Shown here in pieces: positions 48,270 to 59,399 of a stretch of DNA of 64,000 nt (positions are counted from its first letter, which is position 1; each line of letters opens with the position of its first letter). Made by a program: the position numbers and the translations under genes. Below the pieces are notes generated by a model. It saw nothing but the letters and a program-made list of their open reading frames with translations. It searched no databases and was not told the DNA's origin. The DNA is from a virus, in IMG/VR virus record IMGVR_UViG_3300045988_177049, positions 45,537-109,536 of that record. One strand, written 5' to 3'.

Positions 48270-48460
48270 AATATTAAGTCTCCTTTCTCATCAATCGTAC
48301 GTACGTATCTTTGACGGCCAGAGCATCATCTGGTTGTCAGATACATCCACTCATGACCTACAACCATTGTACACAAAGTGTCTATAACGAGCAAGTGAAA
48401 CGCCCTCGATCATGTTGGTTATCCAACACAACCGAGGGCGTTGCGTGTGTCACACCACCG

Positions 48461-51400
48461 TCACTTCTTGATCGGTGGGATAGACGGGCCACCGCCAGGC
48501 TTCATCCCTGTCCCACCTCGTGGAGCAGTCGGAGGCAGGTGAGGTGACGCAGGTGCCTGTGGACTAGATGGCTGAGCCGCCAGACGTGGTGCACGACCAC
48601 GAGCCGGTGCAGCGGGCTGCGTAGGTGCGGGCCTTGGAGCAGGAGCCTGAGCAGGAGCACTGCTCTGCTGTGGTTGCTGCACCCGGCGCACAGGACGCGG
48701 AGCCTCGGCCACCTGACGGTGAGCCTTTGCTTCCTGACCCTTGCTACGAGCTTGCTGGAGATCACCAACAGCCTTGCTGCCATCCTGTGCCGCACCAGCC
48801 ACGTCACCAACAGATGCGCGAGCCGCTGCCTTACCACCGTGATACACAGCCTTCACACCCGAGGTCAGCTGGGAGCGACGGGCCTTGTCAGCCTTGCTAT
48901 GAGCGTCCATGGTTTCCCGGATCGATCCGGTGAACGCGCTCACGCCATCACCTTCACCGTTTGCCACAGTGCTCGATGCAGCAGCGTCCTTTGTATCAGC
49001 CTTCGGACCAGCTTCGAGACGGGGCGGTTCAGACAGACCGCCACGGCTATCCACCTCACGAGCGAGCTGACGATCCGATGCGGAGGTTGTCAGTGCTGTG
49101 GAAGGACCACCAGCAGACAATCCCTCATCACGAGAGGCAATACCACCGCTGCCATCACTGAGCAGCAGACCACCGCCGCCGCTTCCGCCTGGGCTGCTGG
49201 GTCCAGCACCCAATGCACCCGGTCCTGCTTCGTCTGGGTTATCCGTACCGTTGATCGACGAACCGCCAGCAGCGGCTCCACCTGCAACCCCCAGGCCACG
49301 CGCGATGCCATCACGAGCAGCAGAAGTGGAACCAAGGCCCCCACGACCGCTCATCAAACGGTTCGCAGCAGCGCTGCCTACGCCTGCACCAACACCGCTC
49401 ATCAACGGCATACCCTTGACGCCCCCACCCGGTGGCAAAACGTTCACATCAAGGAACTTATCGACAATCTTCGTCACAGCCTCATTCAGACCCTTGACGA
49501 AAGCGCCCCTGAAGTGCATCATCTTCACGGTCAAAAGGAGCAGAACAACAGTTGTCACAATCGCTGTAAACAACGTGACATAACCACTATTGCGCAGATA
49601 ATCACCGAATCCACCGAGAGAGTTGTACATATGTTCCAAACCACCCTCAAAGATGCTGGGAACCGAGACGATGAACTCTTGAACCAGTCGATAGATGAAC
49701 ATGGTACCGATGATCTCAGTGATCATCGTAAAGGTGTAGATCAACACCTTAGCGATAGCCGCTAAAGAACCAAGAGTTGCAAACGGAACCGCCGTAATGA
49801 TACGCAATGTGTTTCTCACAGCTCCTGTGAGCATACCCAGGGCGTAGCCCAGACCGAGCACGACGAAGCAGAAAAGCGTCGTCGATGCATTGAGCCAGTA
49901 GAGCCAGTTCACACCAGAGGATCCCACAAGGTTCACCGATGCGTGATACTCACGAGTTGCTTGTGACACAGCATTGCTCGACGAGTACACAGTCAATGCG
50001 TTCTTATCGAACGAAGTGTTCAGATAGTTGTACATCGACAGAGCTGACAAGTTGGCATTAACGCGTTCTCCACCCTTAACAACACGAGCGCCTGGTGAAT
50101 CACTTCCCCCTGGGGTCGTAAACGTATAAACGCTACCTGTTTCGCCAAGATCCGCCTTAAGACCAGAACCAGGCGCAACCGTCAATACAGGGTTATCAGA
50201 AGCCTTGAGCTTGTCACACTTCTGATTATCGCCAGACTCTCCAGCCTTCGTCGAACCGTCAGTTTGGACACCAAACCATGTCGTTGCACAACTTTTAACC
50301 AGTGTGCCGTTATCCGAATTAGACGCCGCAGCTTGTCCAAGCGTACCCTTAACAGCCGTCTCAAAATCCGAGGCTTCATAGCGTTGAGCTGTTGCATAGC
50401 GCAGCAACATACCCATTGTTGCGCCATACGTCTTATAGTTCACACCACTGTCTTGCGATTCATCTGCTTTCGCAGCTTCGATGGTGATTGAACCAAGACT
50501 AGAAACACCCAAACTAGAAACATCCTTAAATGCCTCATGCTGTGCAAGACCATTGATAGCAGCCGTCGTCTGACGGAGCTTATTCACAGAATAGCCTGTA
50601 GGCGCTTGGGTCAAACCATCCCATGCCAACGTCGCACCTTGAGGTACAGCAAGACGACTATTCTTCGCCCAATTCTCAAAGTCAACAAACGTTGAAACAA
50701 CAACGCGAGTCGCACCCATACCGGCTCCAGCCGATGCGTCCTTCATAGTTGAAAGTGTCGCTGTGTACAGTGATCCAATAAGAGGCAAGCCGAACGCAAG
50801 AAATACCACACGTACCAGTAGCTTCTTCAAACCACTAAGAGCCTGTCCCTTCTTCCACAAAAAAGCGGAAGTAACGAACGTAACCAAAAACAACGGCATG
50901 AGTACTGTCCACGACATATTGACGAGAACTTGATACCAGTCGCTTACCCATGTACTTAGACTCTGCATCCATACAGGAACGCCTTGCCCATCCGTCATTC
51001 CGTCAGCCAGAGAAGCACTCGATGCAGACACGGCTTGAAAGAACATCCTAAACGGATTGAGCAGGTCAAGAATCCACACAACAGCCGAGAAGATCGTATC
51101 AATGCCGCCAGCAAGAAGATAAAGCAACATCATGACAAAGCCAAATATCATGTTCTCCAAATGGAGTCCAATACCTGTCGATGTTGAATCTAGGCCCATA
51201 GCATTAAGCAACGACCCATACTGAGCATACCCAAGGGCACCTTGAAGCGAAGTCTTGTTACCATCGGAATCGCTACTAATGGCGCGCAATGAATCATAAC
51301 CGACAGTATTCGATGCGCCTGTAGTCTTAGAGACTAACCAACCTGTAAAGCTGGAGATATTATCATCGCCGTAACCAAGAAAATCCCCACCTTCGCTTGC

Positions 51401-51709
51401 GTTTTGAGCAATCGTTGTCCACCCTTCATCCTTAGATAGACCCGTTTTTGCCCCCGGCTTCACGGCATCGGAGAAATACGCAGTGACATTCGATGACAAG
51501 GTATAAAAGTCATACTTTTCCGTCTTACCCGGATCAGCGTGAGTACTCCCGCCAATCATTGTCACACCAAAGGCTAGAACAAGAGCGGCGACCATCAGTG
51601 TGATCACGCGGGTAAACCCTGTGAGCACACGTACGCTCCCGCGCACGTGAGCGTCCATCCCCTTCCGATGTCCCATCAACAATCCTTTCCTATCCTTTGT
51701 TCTCATCAT
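48461..51709 (-). CDS. VirB6/ConG/TcpH-like polytopic T4SS channel protein with a Gly/Pro-rich C-terminal region (1082 aa)
   Basis: More than eight predicted TM helices across the central ~500 aa. Long extracytoplasmic N-terminal and low-complexity Gly/Ala/Pro C-terminal regions. Its start overlaps the upstream gene by 4 nt. Confidence 0.5.
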   Translation of the reverse strand: MMRTKDRKGLLMGHRKGMDAHVRGSVRVLTGFTRVITLMVAALVLAFGVTMIGGSTHADPGKTEKYDFYTLSSNVTAYFSDAVKPGAKTGLSKDEGWTTIAQNASEGGDFLGYGDDNISSFTGWLVSKTTGASNTVGYDSLRAISSDSDGNKTSLQGALGYAQYGSLLNAMGLDSTSTGIGLHLENMIFGFVMMLLYLLAGGIDTIFSAVVWILDLLNPFRMFFQAVSASSASLADGMTDGQGVPVWMQSLSTWVSDWYQVLVNMSWTVLMPLFLVTFVTSAFLWKKGQALSGLKKLLVRVVFLAFGLPLIGSLYTATLSTMKDASAGAGMGATRVVVSTFVDFENWAKNSRLAVPQGATLAWDGLTQAPTGYSVNKLRQTTAAINGLAQHEAFKDVSSLGVSSLGSITIEAAKADESQDSGVNYKTYGATMGMLLRYATAQRYEASDFETAVKGTLGQAAASNSDNGTLVKSCATTWFGVQTDGSTKAGESGDNQKCDKLKASDNPVLTVAPGSGLKADLGETGSVYTFTTPGGSDSPGARVVKGGERVNANLSALSMYNYLNTSFDKNALTVYSSSNAVSQATREYHASVNLVGSSGVNWLYWLNASTTLFCFVVLGLGYALGMLTGAVRNTLRIITAVPFATLGSLAAIAKVLIYTFTMITEIIGTMFIYRLVQEFIVSVPSIFEGGLEHMYNSLGGFGDYLRNSGYVTLFTAIVTTVVLLLLTVKMMHFRGAFVKGLNEAVTKIVDKFLDVNVLPPGGGVKGMPLMSGVGAGVGSAAANRLMSGRGGLGSTSAARDGIARGLGVAGGAAAGGSSINGTDNPDEAGPGALGAGPSSPGGSGGGGLLLSDGSGGIASRDEGLSAGGPSTALTTSASDRQLAREVDSRGGLSEPPRLEAGPKADTKDAAASSTVANGEGDGVSAFTGSIRETMDAHSKADKARRSQLTSGVKAVYHGGKAAARASVGDVAGAAQDGSKAVGDLQQARSKGQEAKAHRQVAEAPRPVRRVQQPQQSSAPAQAPAPRPAPTQPAAPARGRAPRLAAQPSSPQAPASPHLPPTAPRGGTGMKPGGGPSIPPIKK

Positions 51710-53835
51710 TTTTGACCACCTGCGCGTTTCTTCATCACAGCACCACGATTACGGCCAGGTGCAACCGATCCATCATACGTAGTCCCTCGCACATGAGCAT
51801 TGACCCCGAGAGCAAGATCGCGCTTAAACACCACGTTAACAGTCCCGCGTCGCAAAAAGGTCAGTCCCTCGCCTCGGCGAGTAATGACCTTCGTCATATC
51901 AACAGGGATCCGCTTGGCGAGCTTCTTCTCGTAGACCGGAACCAGAGCATCACTCATGGCTCCCAGGGCCGTCCAATCGGCTTCGTCAAAGTGGTTGAAC
52001 TCCGAGTCATCGAGCATCGCCTTCACGCCGTTATAGCACAGGGCCACACGTGCGTTACGGCGGTACAGTCGCTCGAACTGATCAGTGACGTAGGGCTTGA
52101 CGCCCTCGTCGATCAGTTCTGCTCCGTGAACGATAAGCGTGTCGCCTTCACCGAGCGCAGAAGCCGCAAACGCCAACACGTTAACGAGCTGAGCCATCGC
52201 CACACCCTTACCACGGTTGATCAGAGAGGAAAAGTCATAGATCACGCGACGAGCATGTTGCGCTCCGTCAATCGCATCTTTCGTCACAACATTGAACAGA
52301 TCACCGTTCGCGTCGAGCATGTCTTTAAAGACAGCAGAGAGCACGGAGTATGCGTGCAACAGCTCATCGTCACGGTTCGACTTACCAGTCAGCGCCTTAT
52401 AGCGCTGATCCAAGTAAGTAACGAACAACTTGAGCTGAGGAACTTGGTCATGAGGGATCCCCACAAGACGCAAGCGATCGACATTGTGCTTCGCGTTTCG
52501 AACCCACATGTCCTGATCGACATAGAACTGAGTGAGCGTATCTTTGAGCGAAGCTCGGATGATTGAACGATCTGCATCGGTTGGTTCATACGCCTGCTCA
52601 GTCATGAGCACGAGCTTCTCCAAGTGCGTCGAAAACAGCGACAGCTGATCCTTACGCTCACCAAACACCTCAAAGGGGTTGACATCGCCTTGAGACATAT
52701 CAATGCGAGCAGTGATCGTCTCCATACGAGGTCCAAGAACGCCGGTGAGATCAGCACCATCAAGAATGATATGAACCACGCGCTTGTTATTGATAAGTGC
52801 TGCCTGGGAAATCTTCGATGCCCACATATCAGCAACCTGAGCATTCCCCATAGCTTGAGCACGAGACTTATCATCGTCAGCAACCACGACGTGGTGCTTG
52901 TACATGTCCACGTCCATGAGCACACCGGAGTTATTGACGTCGCCCACCATGTAGCCGACGAACTCACCGCCCCGGTCGTTCAAACCGTTGGTGACGAGGT
53001 TGAAAGCACCAGCCAGTTCAGTTGAGGTGAAGTGGAAGCCTTTACCCTTCTTCGAGGCGTTCGGGGAAAAGAGAGTCGCAAGCTCCTGGCGCTGGAGACC
53101 GTGGTGACCAGCGATCGACAGATTGCCCACAGCGTCGATGTACTTGCGTCGCAAGTCATCGATCACGTCATCGAGCACCTCTAGGGAGGGAGCCTTGAGC
53201 AAGATACGGTAATGCACAGATAGGTACGCGGCCCCGTCTTGGATCTCGGCAATCACCTGTTCAATGTCAGCAGAGACCTTCGACGCCTTACGACGCGTTG
53301 ACTTTGTTCCATTCTCACTCTGCTCTTGGTTATCGAGGCGATCAAGACGTTCGGACTCTTTGATCTTGTTCGTCAGCCACGATTCAGTCACGCGAGAGAT
53401 TTGTTCCAGGAGAATAGCCGTCACGTTCTGAGGAAGATACGGGATCAGATTCACACCCCAAAACGGCGGTAGTTCATCGCGAGCACTCTCGTCATGGAAA
53501 TAGCTCAGAATACATCCGACTTCACCGTCAATCTCGAAATAGTCGGAATGGAACACGTAGCCCTGTCTGGGCTTAACGGCCAGAAGATGAGCATAGTCCC
53601 TCACCTGTCCATTATTTGCCCGTGAAAAGAACGCCCGACGCTCCTTACGCGACATGCCCTTCAAGGCACGCTCGCTCGACTCGGCCCTATCGCGCGCCTC
53701 GGATGCTGCATGAGTTTCGCTCACTTCGCGTACACGCTGTGTAGCCCCACCCCATACTGAGGTATCAACCGCCCCAGTCTGTACAGCTTGCGCTTTACCC
53801 TTCGCCATGCCACTCCTTTCCCTCGTATTGAACAA
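51706..53835 (-). CDS. 709-aa conjugation protein in the position of a VirB4/TcpF/ConE ATPase, but with no canonical Walker A
   Basis: Its size and operon position match the T4SS ATPase, and it is translationally coupled to the VirB6-like gene. No GxxGxGK[ST] was found by eye, so the assignment is tentative. Confidence 0.3.
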   Translation of the reverse strand: MFNTRERSGMAKGKAQAVQTGAVDTSVWGGATQRVREVSETHAASEARDRAESSERALKGMSRKERRAFFSRANNGQVRDYAHLLAVKPRQGYVFHSDYFEIDGEVGCILSYFHDESARDELPPFWGVNLIPYLPQNVTAILLEQISRVTESWLTNKIKESERLDRLDNQEQSENGTKSTRRKASKVSADIEQVIAEIQDGAAYLSVHYRILLKAPSLEVLDDVIDDLRRKYIDAVGNLSIAGHHGLQRQELATLFSPNASKKGKGFHFTSTELAGAFNLVTNGLNDRGGEFVGYMVGDVNNSGVLMDVDMYKHHVVVADDDKSRAQAMGNAQVADMWASKISQAALINNKRVVHIILDGADLTGVLGPRMETITARIDMSQGDVNPFEVFGERKDQLSLFSTHLEKLVLMTEQAYEPTDADRSIIRASLKDTLTQFYVDQDMWVRNAKHNVDRLRLVGIPHDQVPQLKLFVTYLDQRYKALTGKSNRDDELLHAYSVLSAVFKDMLDANGDLFNVVTKDAIDGAQHARRVIYDFSSLINRGKGVAMAQLVNVLAFAASALGEGDTLIVHGAELIDEGVKPYVTDQFERLYRRNARVALCYNGVKAMLDDSEFNHFDEADWTALGAMSDALVPVYEKKLAKRIPVDMTKVITRRGEGLTFLRRGTVNVVFKRDLALGVNAHVRGTTYDGSVAPGRNRGAVMKKRAGGQK

Positions 53836-53936
53836 CTCGATTATAGTGGTTACTCAATATATTCTACACGAGAACCAAAAGAAACGCACCCCTGAACACT
53901 GTCATTCAGGGGTGCACCAGGTAACAATTCACGTGA

Positions 53937-54821
53937 TTATTTCGTCATCGCTACCGGCCCATAGTGAGTTGCAAGAAGATCGATCGTCTCATCATAGGTG
54001 AGCATCGACACCTGCTTAAACATCAGCGACGAGTCCGCCGCCTCTGAGTCGAGCAGGTTGTGCGCCTTACGCAACTCTTCCTCGTTTCGAGCGATGAGGA
54101 TCAGGTACTGATGGATGCTGAAAAAGCTCGATCCAACGTATGAGCGCAGTGACTCATACTGCTCATCCATCAGTGCGACCAGCTCAGGATCCCGTGCCTC
54201 TAAAGGCAGGGCCTGGTTACGCTTTTCAAGCGCAGCCACCTGAGCATACACGCGTTGCGGTTCCTTCGTGGTGATGAACACCCATTCCACACCCGGTTCC
54301 AACTTACGGTAGAACCGATCGTTACGGTTCAAGATCGCATCACGATCTTGATCAAAGAGCAGGCGCGAGGCTGATCCAACGACGCTATAGGCTTGTCCAA
54401 CCATGCCATCAACGTACGTGATCAGACCTGTATCCTGATCAACATCCTTAATGCCGACGATGGACAAAAATGGTCCCGTGCGAGAATCCGACCGAGTGAC
54501 CACCCGGCGTGACGTCTTCGGGAGATAGTCGAACAAAGCGGAAAGTTGGCTCCCTCGCATCTCCTTCGTCTTCGAGTATGCGGCGAAATAGACTGTCGCC
54601 GCAATCCACCACAAGGTGATGAGCGCGAGCAATCCAAAGTTCGCACCCTTAAGCGGTGTACTCGTCAATACCCACATGAGCACGATCGCGCTTCCCAGGT
54701 AGGTAAAGATCACCTTCATGGGCAAGGGTTTGACCTGAAACGACTTGTTCGACAGGTTAATCTCATGATCAAGAATCGACCGATCAAGCGACACAGGTAC
54801 TGAGTACCGATCTTTCGCCAT
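53937..54821 (-). CDS. two-TM membrane protein (294 aa) with a cytoplasmic C-terminal domain, T4SS-associated by position
   Basis: TM helices VIFTYLGSAIVLMWVL and LLALITLWWIAATVYFAAY. Confidence 0.35.
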   Translation of the reverse strand: MAKDRYSVPVSLDRSILDHEINLSNKSFQVKPLPMKVIFTYLGSAIVLMWVLTSTPLKGANFGLLALITLWWIAATVYFAAYSKTKEMRGSQLSALFDYLPKTSRRVVTRSDSRTGPFLSIVGIKDVDQDTGLITYVDGMVGQAYSVVGSASRLLFDQDRDAILNRNDRFYRKLEPGVEWVFITTKEPQRVYAQVAALEKRNQALPLEARDPELVALMDEQYESLRSYVGSSFFSIHQYLILIARNEEELRKAHNLLDSEAADSSLMFKQVSMLTYDETIDLLATHYGPVAMTK

Positions 54822-54855
54822 ACGTCGCGCTCTCCTTTCTCACACCTAAATCGAC

Positions 54856-57069
54856 TCACGCATCAAACGAGAACGCGATTCCGCGAGTGCCATCCGGCTT
54901 ATCCTCAAGGAACAAGTAGGCGTCAAAGTTCTTACCAGACTTCTTGGACTTCATACCCTTGACCAAGACCTTTTCCCCAGCTTCGATCTTTGCTCGCTGT
55001 TCATCAGTGAGCTTGACACCGAGCATCGACTTGGGGGCAACACCGCGCTTTGCAGCCGAGGTCGGCTTGGTGAAATCAGGGGTGAAACCAACGAAGGTGC
55101 GGCCCTGGTACTCCCCTTCACCCAGCGCGCCGATCACCGTGAAATCATCCCCAGTCTTCTTGGACTGAGCGGTGATTTCAATGTCTTTACCCGCCAAGAG
55201 ATCCATGCACTCCTGATCCGTGAAACGGTGCCCGCTCCACGTACGGTTGAACCGCACATGCTCACCCGTCTTCTCCCAGGTTCCCTCGAAATATTCCTTT
55301 TCCACGTAGTCGCCCATTCCTAAATCCTTTCTCATGGTTTGAGCATTCACCGTCATCACGGCAATATCATCGGTTACGAGCCTAGCCACCTCAGCCAGGA
55401 CATCATCTGCTTGCTTTTCTCCCTTCGCCACGGCCTTCATGTCCGAGAACACGCGTTCTGTGATCGCCAAATCACCAATATGCGTACCCGGAAGCAGGCG
55501 GTAGCTGATCTCGCCTGTTTCGGTGAGATCAATCTTGCCCCTCGTCTCGCTCATAAGTGGATAACGAGACTTAGAACTCGACACCTCAGCAAAAGTGCTG
55601 GTACGAGTCGCGCCAGTACCTACATCGCGCCGCTCCAGTTGCTTCATGAGCCACTTGACAGTCGGTGCGACAGGTTGAGACGGCACACCTTCATGAACAA
55701 ACGGCTTGGCCTGGGTGCCCAGACCTGCTCCGTTGTTCTCGTCCACGTCATCGTCCGCCATTGATGCACCGCCGAGCACGGCCTTCCAGCCCTGCTTCTT
55801 AGGAACGGAGCATGATCCGACATATGCGGGGAAATCAGTGACGTGACCCTTCTGGGCCTCGTACTCGTAATCTTCCGCGAGCACAGCCAGAGCCGAACGA
55901 GCGAGCAGCTCATAGATCATAGCGCCGGTCTTACCGTACTTGTTCTCCACTTCTGCGAGAGAAGACGGAATGTTCGGACCAGGCCGGTTCGCACCGTGTG
56001 CACCTGAGTCCTTCACATGGGTGGAACGAGCGGCGGTGTGCGTAAGCAACGAGGGGTCGATACCAACAGCTCGCGCAATGGCTGGAGCATTGCGCACAAG
56101 CTCAGCGAATTGCTCCTTGGTGACGTGCTTGTCGTCTGTGCGGGGGTACGATACTACCTGAGATTCGTACATTTTTTGATAGATTCCCAGCACCTCAGCT
56201 GCCTTCACACCTTTGGCGCTCAGCAGTGCTGACAGACCTGCAAGATCCAGCATCCGAGGCGGGCCAGAACGTTTCATGGTCTTAGAATCCACCGTCACGC
56301 TCGACGCGTGCAAACCGCTGAGATCCACGTCGCTCTCGTGTGCAAACCTCTGAGCATCGGAATCAATGTACATGACGCCGTTCTCATCGCGGAAGCGAGG
56401 CTCGTAGAACGGAACTTTCTTCCATTCGTTATGTGCCTTAAGCTGATCCCCAACGAGCACAATCATGGCCGACTTAAGTCGCCCCTGACGAACGATCGCA
56501 CGCTTATCAACAAGCTCAGAAGCAATACGCGTCCATTGCATGGAGAGGAAATCCCACCGGGAACGCAACCATGCCATACGGTACTCATCATGGTCTTCCA
56601 TCGAAGTCAAACGTTTGCGAGAGACGAACGCCTTTTTGATCGACGCAGGAGACTCATCAGTAAAGTACATACGTGAAATCGGCTTATGATCAAGCCCTAA
56701 TTCAGAAATAATCTCCCAAGCAAGCAGGCCACCCTCACCTGAAACATCTGAGTCTGTGGCAATCGCCAGTTCATCGCAAGAACCAAGCGTTTTCTTGATA
56801 TCAGCGAGTAATTTCGAGGTATCCTTCTTCTTTTCACGCTCAAATGCGAAGTCGTTCACATCCCACGGAAGCTCACTCAGTGACCACGAAGCGTACTTTG
56901 CACGCTTCGACGGATCCACCTGATCCACAGGTTGTTTCAGCTCAAACAGATGGCCACGTGCGAAAGCGATGACATAACTTTCACCGTTACAGGTACCACT
57001 TTGACCACCAAGCGCTTTGGCAAAGTTACGCGCAGCACTCGGTTTCTCAGTCAAAATACCGACTGTCAT
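54856..57069 (-). CDS. topB: type IA DNA topoisomerase (topoisomerase III-like)
   Basis: Start at ATG 57069 (MTVGILTEKPSAARNFAKALGG) after RBS aggagg. This matches the Toprim start MxLxIAEKPSxAxxIAxxL. The active-site region is VVSYPRTDDKHV (SYPRTD with the catalytic Tyr). Confidence 0.7.
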   Translation of the reverse strand: MTVGILTEKPSAARNFAKALGGQSGTCNGESYVIAFARGHLFELKQPVDQVDPSKRAKYASWSLSELPWDVNDFAFEREKKKDTSKLLADIKKTLGSCDELAIATDSDVSGEGGLLAWEIISELGLDHKPISRMYFTDESPASIKKAFVSRKRLTSMEDHDEYRMAWLRSRWDFLSMQWTRIASELVDKRAIVRQGRLKSAMIVLVGDQLKAHNEWKKVPFYEPRFRDENGVMYIDSDAQRFAHESDVDLSGLHASSVTVDSKTMKRSGPPRMLDLAGLSALLSAKGVKAAEVLGIYQKMYESQVVSYPRTDDKHVTKEQFAELVRNAPAIARAVGIDPSLLTHTAARSTHVKDSGAHGANRPGPNIPSSLAEVENKYGKTGAMIYELLARSALAVLAEDYEYEAQKGHVTDFPAYVGSCSVPKKQGWKAVLGGASMADDDVDENNGAGLGTQAKPFVHEGVPSQPVAPTVKWLMKQLERRDVGTGATRTSTFAEVSSSKSRYPLMSETRGKIDLTETGEISYRLLPGTHIGDLAITERVFSDMKAVAKGEKQADDVLAEVARLVTDDIAVMTVNAQTMRKDLGMGDYVEKEYFEGTWEKTGEHVRFNRTWSGHRFTDQECMDLLAGKDIEITAQSKKTGDDFTVIGALGEGEYQGRTFVGFTPDFTKPTSAAKRGVAPKSMLGVKLTDEQRAKIEAGEKVLVKGMKSKKSGKNFDAYLFLEDKPDGTRGIAFSFDA

Positions 57070-57118
57070 AAATCCTCCTAATCGTCGAAAACGTTCGTAT
57101 ACGAATATAACAAGTATA

Positions 57119-59362
57119 TCAGAGTCGCTCAAAAACTACCATCGTTTCACCGCGATGCGTCTGACGCGAACGAGAACGTTGGAAATGGTTACGGGAAGCA
57201 GATGCATCAATCTCATCCACACAACGCCACCCATCACCGAGAACGCTGTGCACTACCGTGCTCATACGCTCGCGCCACAACTCGCTGATCTGGAAGGCGA
57301 AAACACGGGTCGTTGGTGCAACGCTCATGGTGACAACCCGCTTCCACCACCCCAAGAACGCCTCATCATCCAGATTCTCGGCTCCATTCTCAGTGTAAAC
57401 TTCAGTGTTACCATACGGCGGACAGGTCAACACCATCTCATGCGTTCCACCGCGCATATCACGGGTAGCACTGTCCCCGAGCGTCACGTCAGCATGAGTC
57501 AAACCAAGACGATCAATCAGGCTCTGGTGAGCCTGAACCACTGCCTCAGAAATGTCCGTACCTGTGTACGTCACACCGCGTTGCGCGCACGTGAGCATAC
57601 GCTCACCCCACCCGCTGCACGGGTCATACAAACTCGTCGGCTTGTACTGATCGAGAACAGCCGTCATCGCCGTGTTAATGAAGGTCGAGTACGACCGGAT
57701 CTCACCGCTGATCGCCAAACCTCGCACCACCTCTAGAGCCGACTCAGGGAACCTACCGAGATAGTGCAATCGGTTGGCAAGCAAACGTGCTCGTAGACGA
57801 CCCCATTTACGATGATGCACCTCGTCGTCGTTCCACATCTGCAACTCGCGAGCATAGAACGTCTCCCACACCGCACTTCGAGCCAGCCAGGAGATCTGCC
57901 TCGAACCAGCTTCTGTGACATCAATATCAACCCACTGCTCGATCTGCTCTGACAAACCGACCGTGAGGTCATTGAGCCATTCAGGAAGATCAAGCCAGGA
58001 GTACTCACGTTCCCAATCCCGGCCATCTGGTGCCCCTAGAGCAAACCACAGATGAGCATCAAACAAGGACTCAAGACCATCCCACAGCGTGACATAGTTC
58101 AGCTGTGCTTTGCGAGCCGCTTCACGCTTGCGTACGTCTCGCTTGATCCATGTCTCCAAAGCAACACGATAGTACTTAGACTTTTTACCCTTCTTGAGCC
58201 ACGTCTGTACTGTCCGCTGATCCATCTCACGATCAGCCTCATACCAGTGTCCGCCATGCGACCATGAGCCATTGAGTTCGATGAACAGATCACGCTCAGG
58301 AATATAAAAATCAACAGCAAAAGGATAGCGCTTCTCGTCACGATACTGTCGCACCACGGTCATACCATGCTGGTTAACGTATTCAACAAGTAGTTTATAG
58401 AGAACATCTTCTGACAATGACGTATTGAACGTACCATTTTCACGCTTTGCGCGCGAAATACGACGCTGATGCGACGGGTCGCTCATTCGACGCGATTGCT
58501 CCTGGCGATGCTCAGGTAGCTGCGTAAAATAAGCAACACCGTACCGCTCCTGATTAGTGGTAACGGTTCTTGCTCGTATACGTCGTTGGTTCTCAGGATC
58601 AGTCATGTACTGCGACACGCTCTGTCTAAACGAAGCGCGTTGAGAAGGATGGTCCACACCATAACGAGATTGCGAGGTCGCAATACGACGTTCATTTGCC
58701 ACGACCTTTTCCTCATCAGTCAAAGTACGACGATGGTAACCATGCAGGGCGCGCTCACGTTGACGTTCCTCGCGTTCGCGCTTTTTACGAGCTAAAGTTC
58801 GTTCACGCTTAGCTCGACGTATAGGCTCTAACGACTCTTGACCCTTCTTCCGAGCCTCATCAGCGAAAACTGATCCATCCGCAAGCGTGTAACGAGCACC
58901 GTAACGTTCCTCACGTGTCTGAGCGGCCTTCTCTTGAAAATCCTCTAGCTTAAACGGGTTGTCCGTACCGTACTGAGCAACCATACCTGCACGCATCGTA
59001 CTACGGCGCGCGCGACGATCCGCATCCTTGAACTCATCGCCTAGACCCAATCCTGTGAACAAGTCGGCGAGCTTGATCAGATTCACAGCGTCGTGCAACC
59101 CAAGCTGCTCCAAGACACCAGCCTTGTCCAGCTCACACGTTGCAAATCGCTCCACCAGATCTCGTGCCACCGGCAATCCAACACGCTGCTTCACGTGCTC
59201 GATCTTATAGGCGTGTCGATCCACACCTTTCAGCTCAGTCTTCACCGAGGCGTTGTGGTAGCCGGGGTCAATACCGGTGCGCTCTAAAACACGCTCACGG
59301 GACCACCCACGGCACACCAGGTCGTTGACACTACCTTCGGGAAACAGTTTCAATTCGTTCAT
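57119..59362 (-). CDS. multidomain protein: N-terminal repeated YG modules, a Vsr/DUF559-like PD-(D/E)xK nuclease domain and a C-terminal DNA methyltransferase-like domain
   Basis: Four repeats of the type (Q/R)YG(V/T)DxPxQ. FAVDFYIPERDLFIELNGSWSHGG is a Vsr-like nuclease core. The C-terminal part has motif I-like LYDPCSGWG and motif IV-like LTCPPYG, as in N6A or N4C methyltransferases. Confidence 0.5.
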   Translation of the reverse strand: MNELKLFPEGSVNDLVCRGWSRERVLERTGIDPGYHNASVKTELKGVDRHAYKIEHVKQRVGLPVARDLVERFATCELDKAGVLEQLGLHDAVNLIKLADLFTGLGLGDEFKDADRRARRSTMRAGMVAQYGTDNPFKLEDFQEKAAQTREERYGARYTLADGSVFADEARKKGQESLEPIRRAKRERTLARKKREREERQRERALHGYHRRTLTDEEKVVANERRIATSQSRYGVDHPSQRASFRQSVSQYMTDPENQRRIRARTVTTNQERYGVAYFTQLPEHRQEQSRRMSDPSHQRRISRAKRENGTFNTSLSEDVLYKLLVEYVNQHGMTVVRQYRDEKRYPFAVDFYIPERDLFIELNGSWSHGGHWYEADREMDQRTVQTWLKKGKKSKYYRVALETWIKRDVRKREAARKAQLNYVTLWDGLESLFDAHLWFALGAPDGRDWEREYSWLDLPEWLNDLTVGLSEQIEQWVDIDVTEAGSRQISWLARSAVWETFYARELQMWNDDEVHHRKWGRLRARLLANRLHYLGRFPESALEVVRGLAISGEIRSYSTFINTAMTAVLDQYKPTSLYDPCSGWGERMLTCAQRGVTYTGTDISEAVVQAHQSLIDRLGLTHADVTLGDSATRDMRGGTHEMVLTCPPYGNTEVYTENGAENLDDEAFLGWWKRVVTMSVAPTTRVFAFQISELWRERMSTVVHSVLGDGWRCVDEIDASASRNHFQRSRSRQTHRGETMVVFERL

Positions 59363-59399
59363 GAGACGATTCTATCATTGTTTCAAGGGTAGCACAACA

